This document shows, piece after piece, positions 60,437 to 64,000 of a DNA stretch of 64,000 nt. The DNA lies in assembly GCA_964555135.1 (NCBI GenBank), contig CAZKRR010000001.1:1147-65146 (forward strand), read 5' to 3'. Under the pieces are notes generated by a model that did not search any database, was not told where the DNA came from, and saw only the letters and a program-made list of their open reading frames with translations. How positions within the stretch are numbered: the first letter of the stretch is position 1; every line of letters starts with the position of its first letter. This DNA comes from an uncultured Nitrososphaeria archaeon. Its GTDB lineage: Archaea > Thermoproteota > Nitrososphaeria_A > Caldarchaeales > Wolframiiraptoraceae. The translations under genes and the position numbers were made by a program.

Positions 60437-63015
60437 ATGATAAGTTTCTACTCGTAACCTTCTTGACATTCATAATAATTACAAGCATGATCTCATCCAT
60501 ACTTGCAGAAGAATACACTCCTCCCCATAGTAATCCTGGTCCAGCAGTAGATAGGATAATCTTTAGAAAAGTTGATCAAGACCTTGCACCAAAACTTATC
60601 GAGAGGGGGGATATAGACCTCTACCTCTATAGTTTAAAGATATCTACAGCTGAACAATATATGAGAAGTGAGACTGTATATATTTACCAAGCTCCTTCAA
60701 CAACAATTTCTATATTACTTAATCCAGCCCCTGCACCTGAGGGGGGATTAAACCCATTCTCTATACCGGAAGTCAGATTCGCTGTAAACTATCTTGTAGA
60801 TAGAAACTATATTGCAAAATCAATCTATGGTGGTTTTGCTGCTCCTATGTACTCTCATGTTAGTCCATTAGACTATGACTACCTTGTTATCTCAGAGTTG
60901 GTTAGAAGATACCAGTTTTCCTACGACCCAGATTATGCAAGGATGATCATTCGTAAAGCATTGGAGAGGGCTGGTGCAAAGCTAGTTGATGGTAAATGGG
61001 TTTACGATGGAAAGCCTGTTGAGCTGAGATTCATAATAAGAGTAGAAGATGAAAGGAGAGAGATAGGTAATATGCTCTCAGAAGAACTTGAAAAGATGGG
61101 GTTCACTGTCAAGAGAAGCTATATGGATTTTGCTCAAGCAATCTCGCTTGTCTACAGAACGGATCCCAAAGCTTTTGAATGGCATCTATATACTGAGGGA
61201 TGGGGTAGAGGAGCAGCTGAAAGATATGATTACGCTACTATAAATCAGATGTGTGCTCCATGGCTTGGATACATGCCTGGCTGGCTAGAATACGGTTTCT
61301 GGCAATATAGGAATGATTTGATAGACGGGCTTGGCAAGAAGCTGTTTAGAGGTGAGTACCAAAACCTAGATGAAAGAAACAAACTATACACAGAGTTAAC
61401 TAGGCTTTGCTTAGAAGAAGCTGTAAGAATATGGGTTGCTGTAGTGAATAGCCCTTACGCCTCGAAGACAGGTTTAAAAGGTGTATCAGTAGACATAATA
61501 TCTGGTTTAAGGTCTCTTTGGACTTTGAGGTCAACATACGCTGATAAGAATGAGTTGATAGTTGGACATTTATGGGTTAGACCATACATGGGTTCTGCAT
61601 GGAATCCGATCGGAGGATTTACAGACGTGTACAGCGTAGATATCTGGAAGCAATTACATGACCCACCACTCGTTAGAGACTCATCTACAGGTCTACCTAA
61701 ATGGTTTAGATCGACTTATCAAGTCGTAGAATCTAGCCCCCTAAGTAGGGTAGAGGTTCCAGGTGATGCATTCGTCTGGGATTCTGGGGGCGGTAGCTGG
61801 ATTAAAGTTCCAGCAGGTACTAAAGCTAAAAGTAGAGTAATCTTTAACTACGCAAAATACATTAATTCTAAATGGCATCATGGAGTAGAAATTAGTTTAG
61901 CCGACTTCTTATACTCCTTATATCAATCTTTTGACATAGTCTATAATGAAAAGAAATCTACTATTGAAGTATCTCTCTCGGCAACCCGAAAACCAATACT
62001 GGAAACATTTAAAGGGTTTAGGATAATCAATCAAACATCAATTGAAGTGTACGTTGATTACTGGCATCCGATCAAAGAATATATAGCTGAGTATGCTGAG
62101 CCTTGGGGTGTAGTCATGCCGTGGGAGCTACTCTATGGGATGGATATCATGGTATTCGAGGAGGGTATATCTGCTTATACGGATACAGCAGCAGCTAGAC
62201 TACAAGTAGATTGGCTAGACCTCATTGAACCTAAACAATGTAGAAGACTCATCAGCATATTCGAAAAACTAAAAGATAGGACTCAATACCCTATTGAAGT
62301 CTTCAATCTCTTCGGGAGGAGCTATGAAAATGCTGAGAATGTTTTAAAGAGATACGAAGCTGTAATCAGATGGTATAAGAACCATGGACACTTAGTGATA
62401 AGTAATGGGGCTTACTATTTAGAGGCGATAGGTACTGTAACGGAACAATATGCAGAACTAAAAGCTTTCAGAGATGAATCCTATCCATTCACCCCAAGGG
62501 ACTTTTACGTAGGTATTCCGAAGAAGATAGACTTCTACGCTCCAACTTTCATTCAGATACCAAAGAGTGAAGAAATAAGATTCGACATAGAAGTTAGAGG
62601 AGTTCCAGAATCATATATCACTATATTTATTGTAGACCCCCATACACAAGACCTACTCTACACTGAAGTAGTGAAGGTTCAGGAGGGGAAGACAACTATT
62701 AAGATACCTTTAGAAGTTTCAGCAAAGTTAAAGCAGGGCACTTACCAAGTCTACATTACAGCATCAAGTGATTATACATCTACAGTATCGGAGAGACTCA
62801 TCGAAGTCAACTTAATCGAGAAGGTTGAGAAAGTAACAGAAACATTTACAACTGAAGAAACCATGAAGTCTGAAACAACTGTTACGAGAGAAGTAGAATG
62901 GATGACTAACGTATGGTTACTCATCATAGTACTCGCGATAGCCATCATAACTGGCATACTAATTATGAAGAAGAAAAAACCGAAACAGCAACATGCTAAT
63001 GAGTATTCTACTTAG
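60433..63015 (+). CDS. Family 5 (peptide/nickel-type) ABC solute-binding protein, C-terminally anchored
   Basis: GPAVDRIIF, NPFSIPEVRFAVNYLVDR, ISNGAYYL; Thr-rich linker and TM. Confidence 0.85.
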   Translation: MNDKFLLVTFLTFIIITSMISSILAEEYTPPHSNPGPAVDRIIFRKVDQDLAPKLIERGDIDLYLYSLKISTAEQYMRSETVYIYQAPSTTISILLNPAPAPEGGLNPFSIPEVRFAVNYLVDRNYIAKSIYGGFAAPMYSHVSPLDYDYLVISELVRRYQFSYDPDYARMIIRKALERAGAKLVDGKWVYDGKPVELRFIIRVEDERREIGNMLSEELEKMGFTVKRSYMDFAQAISLVYRTDPKAFEWHLYTEGWGRGAAERYDYATINQMCAPWLGYMPGWLEYGFWQYRNDLIDGLGKKLFRGEYQNLDERNKLYTELTRLCLEEAVRIWVAVVNSPYASKTGLKGVSVDIISGLRSLWTLRSTYADKNELIVGHLWVRPYMGSAWNPIGGFTDVYSVDIWKQLHDPPLVRDSSTGLPKWFRSTYQVVESSPLSRVEVPGDAFVWDSGGGSWIKVPAGTKAKSRVIFNYAKYINSKWHHGVEISLADFLYSLYQSFDIVYNEKKSTIEVSLSATRKPILETFKGFRIINQTSIEVYVDYWHPIKEYIAEYAEPWGVVMPWELLYGMDIMVFEEGISAYTDTAAARLQVDWLDLIEPKQCRRLISIFEKLKDRTQYPIEVFNLFGRSYENAENVLKRYEAVIRWYKNHGHLVISNGAYYLEAIGTVTEQYAELKAFRDESYPFTPRDFYVGIPKKIDFYAPTFIQIPKSEEIRFDIEVRGVPESYITIFIVDPHTQDLLYTEVVKVQEGKTTIKIPLEVSAKLKQGTYQVYITASSDYTSTVSERLIEVNLIEKVEKVTETFTTEETMKSETTVTREVEWMTNVWLLIIVLAIAIITGILIMKKKKPKQQHANEYST

Positions 63016-63688
63016 TTGCTCTGATTGTTTGAGTTACTAATCCGGTACCGACTATTATTGATGCAGCAAGTATGACTAGGCCCAAGAACATCCATGGAAA
63101 TTTTTCTATATATTCAACTTCTCTTACTGTTTCTACTTCATAGACTGATTTCGTAATTGTTGTGATCACAACAGTAGGCTTATGTAATGTTACATATACT
63201 GGGATTGTCTCAGTAGACGTAGTTGTCACTGTCTCTGTAGGAAGGCTATAGACTGCTATCTGCATCCCATACGTTCCCTTAGACCCCAAATATGGAACGA
63301 CCACAATATAATAGTATCCCGAAGAAGATGCTTGATACGACATCCTTTCAGGATAACCTCTCGCCGAAGTGCTTCTCTCAACTACTTCTCTTTCAGGGCT
63401 TAGAAGATAAACGTCAAAGTCTGCATCTACAGGGACTCTCACTATTATGTGGAGTATTTGATTTACATTTAACCAGATTTTGAAGAAATGATTTCTACCT
63501 CCCTCCATGTAGAAACTGTATGAACCTGAGTTTAGTTCGGTAGCTGTAGAGAAACCGATTCCGGGCTCTACCTCGGAAACAGCAGGGATCAATAATACCG
63601 ACGAAATAATGAGTAGTGTAACTATATTGATATTTACTAAGAATGTTGTAGCTGGCTTGATCTTCATAACGGCCACAATATTATTCAA
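63008..63688 (-). CDS. Surface protein with PPC domain and Thr-rich stalk
   Basis: ADFDVYLLSP..SGYYYIVV..GTY motif, Thr-rich region and TM. Confidence 0.8.
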   Translation of the reverse strand: MNNIVAVMKIKPATTFLVNINIVTLLIISSVLLIPAVSEVEPGIGFSTATELNSGSYSFYMEGGRNHFFKIWLNVNQILHIIVRVPVDADFDVYLLSPEREVVERSTSARGYPERMSYQASSSGYYYIVVVPYLGSKGTYGMQIAVYSLPTETVTTTSTETIPVYVTLHKPTVVITTITKSVYEVETVREVEYIEKFPWMFLGLVILAASIIVGTGLVTQTIRATK

Positions 63689-63819
63689 GAACGGTTTAAT
63701 AAATCTTTATTTTGAGTACGTACGCCATGCGCCTATCACGATAATACCCTACACTCTATCATTCATAAAACGCATCTATCAAAACAACATCCAACTATCA
63801 TGAACACTAGATAAGAGTA

Positions 63820-64000
63820 TTAAAAGAGAGAATACAAAGAGGATTTAAGGCTAGGATAAATTCCCTGAAAAGAGGCTACAAACCCGAATACGTCAACGCT
63901 AAAGACATTTCCAAGATGTGCCCGATATGTGGCGAAGTAAGTAAGCCGAATAGGCACATCTATAAACGTAAAAAACGCGGCCTCAAAGCAGATAGATATC
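63820..64000 (+). mobile_element. IS200/IS605-family TnpB C-terminal remnant (runs off the window edge)
   Basis: GYKPEYVNAKDISKMCPICG....NRHIYKRKKRGLKADRY matches the TnpB zinc ribbon; the second CxxC has decayed to RKKR. Confidence 0.7.

Overview
AT-rich archaeal chromosome segment, most consistent with a thermophilic TACK-lineage archaeon. Evidence: rps27e-aIF2a-nop10, AglB, archaeal CCA enzyme, an intron-containing tRNA-Pro and many TTG starts. 0-23 kb is accessory-like: three HEPN-MNT pairs, an acyl-CoA catabolic cluster with a non-canonical thiolase pair plus DUF35, several pseudogenes, a 104-bp MITE and a degenerate CRISPR-like repeat remnant. 23-32 kb holds translation genes interrupted by an IS110-like remnant, then aglB and surface proteins. 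32-48.4 kb is a large redox island: lipA-lpdA-lipB divergent from porCDAB, then an unknown wHTH/Cys protein divergent from a korDABC-hdrA(tandem, MvhD-fused)-hdrD-etfA-etfB operon. This operon is the best candidate for an undescribed electron-bifurcating system. 48.4-64 kb holds tRNA-end and nucleotide enzymes, trpB2-serA-aminotransferase, tRNA-Pro(GGG), surface and solute-binding proteins, and a TnpB remnant. All calls come from motif recognition by eye; no searches were run.
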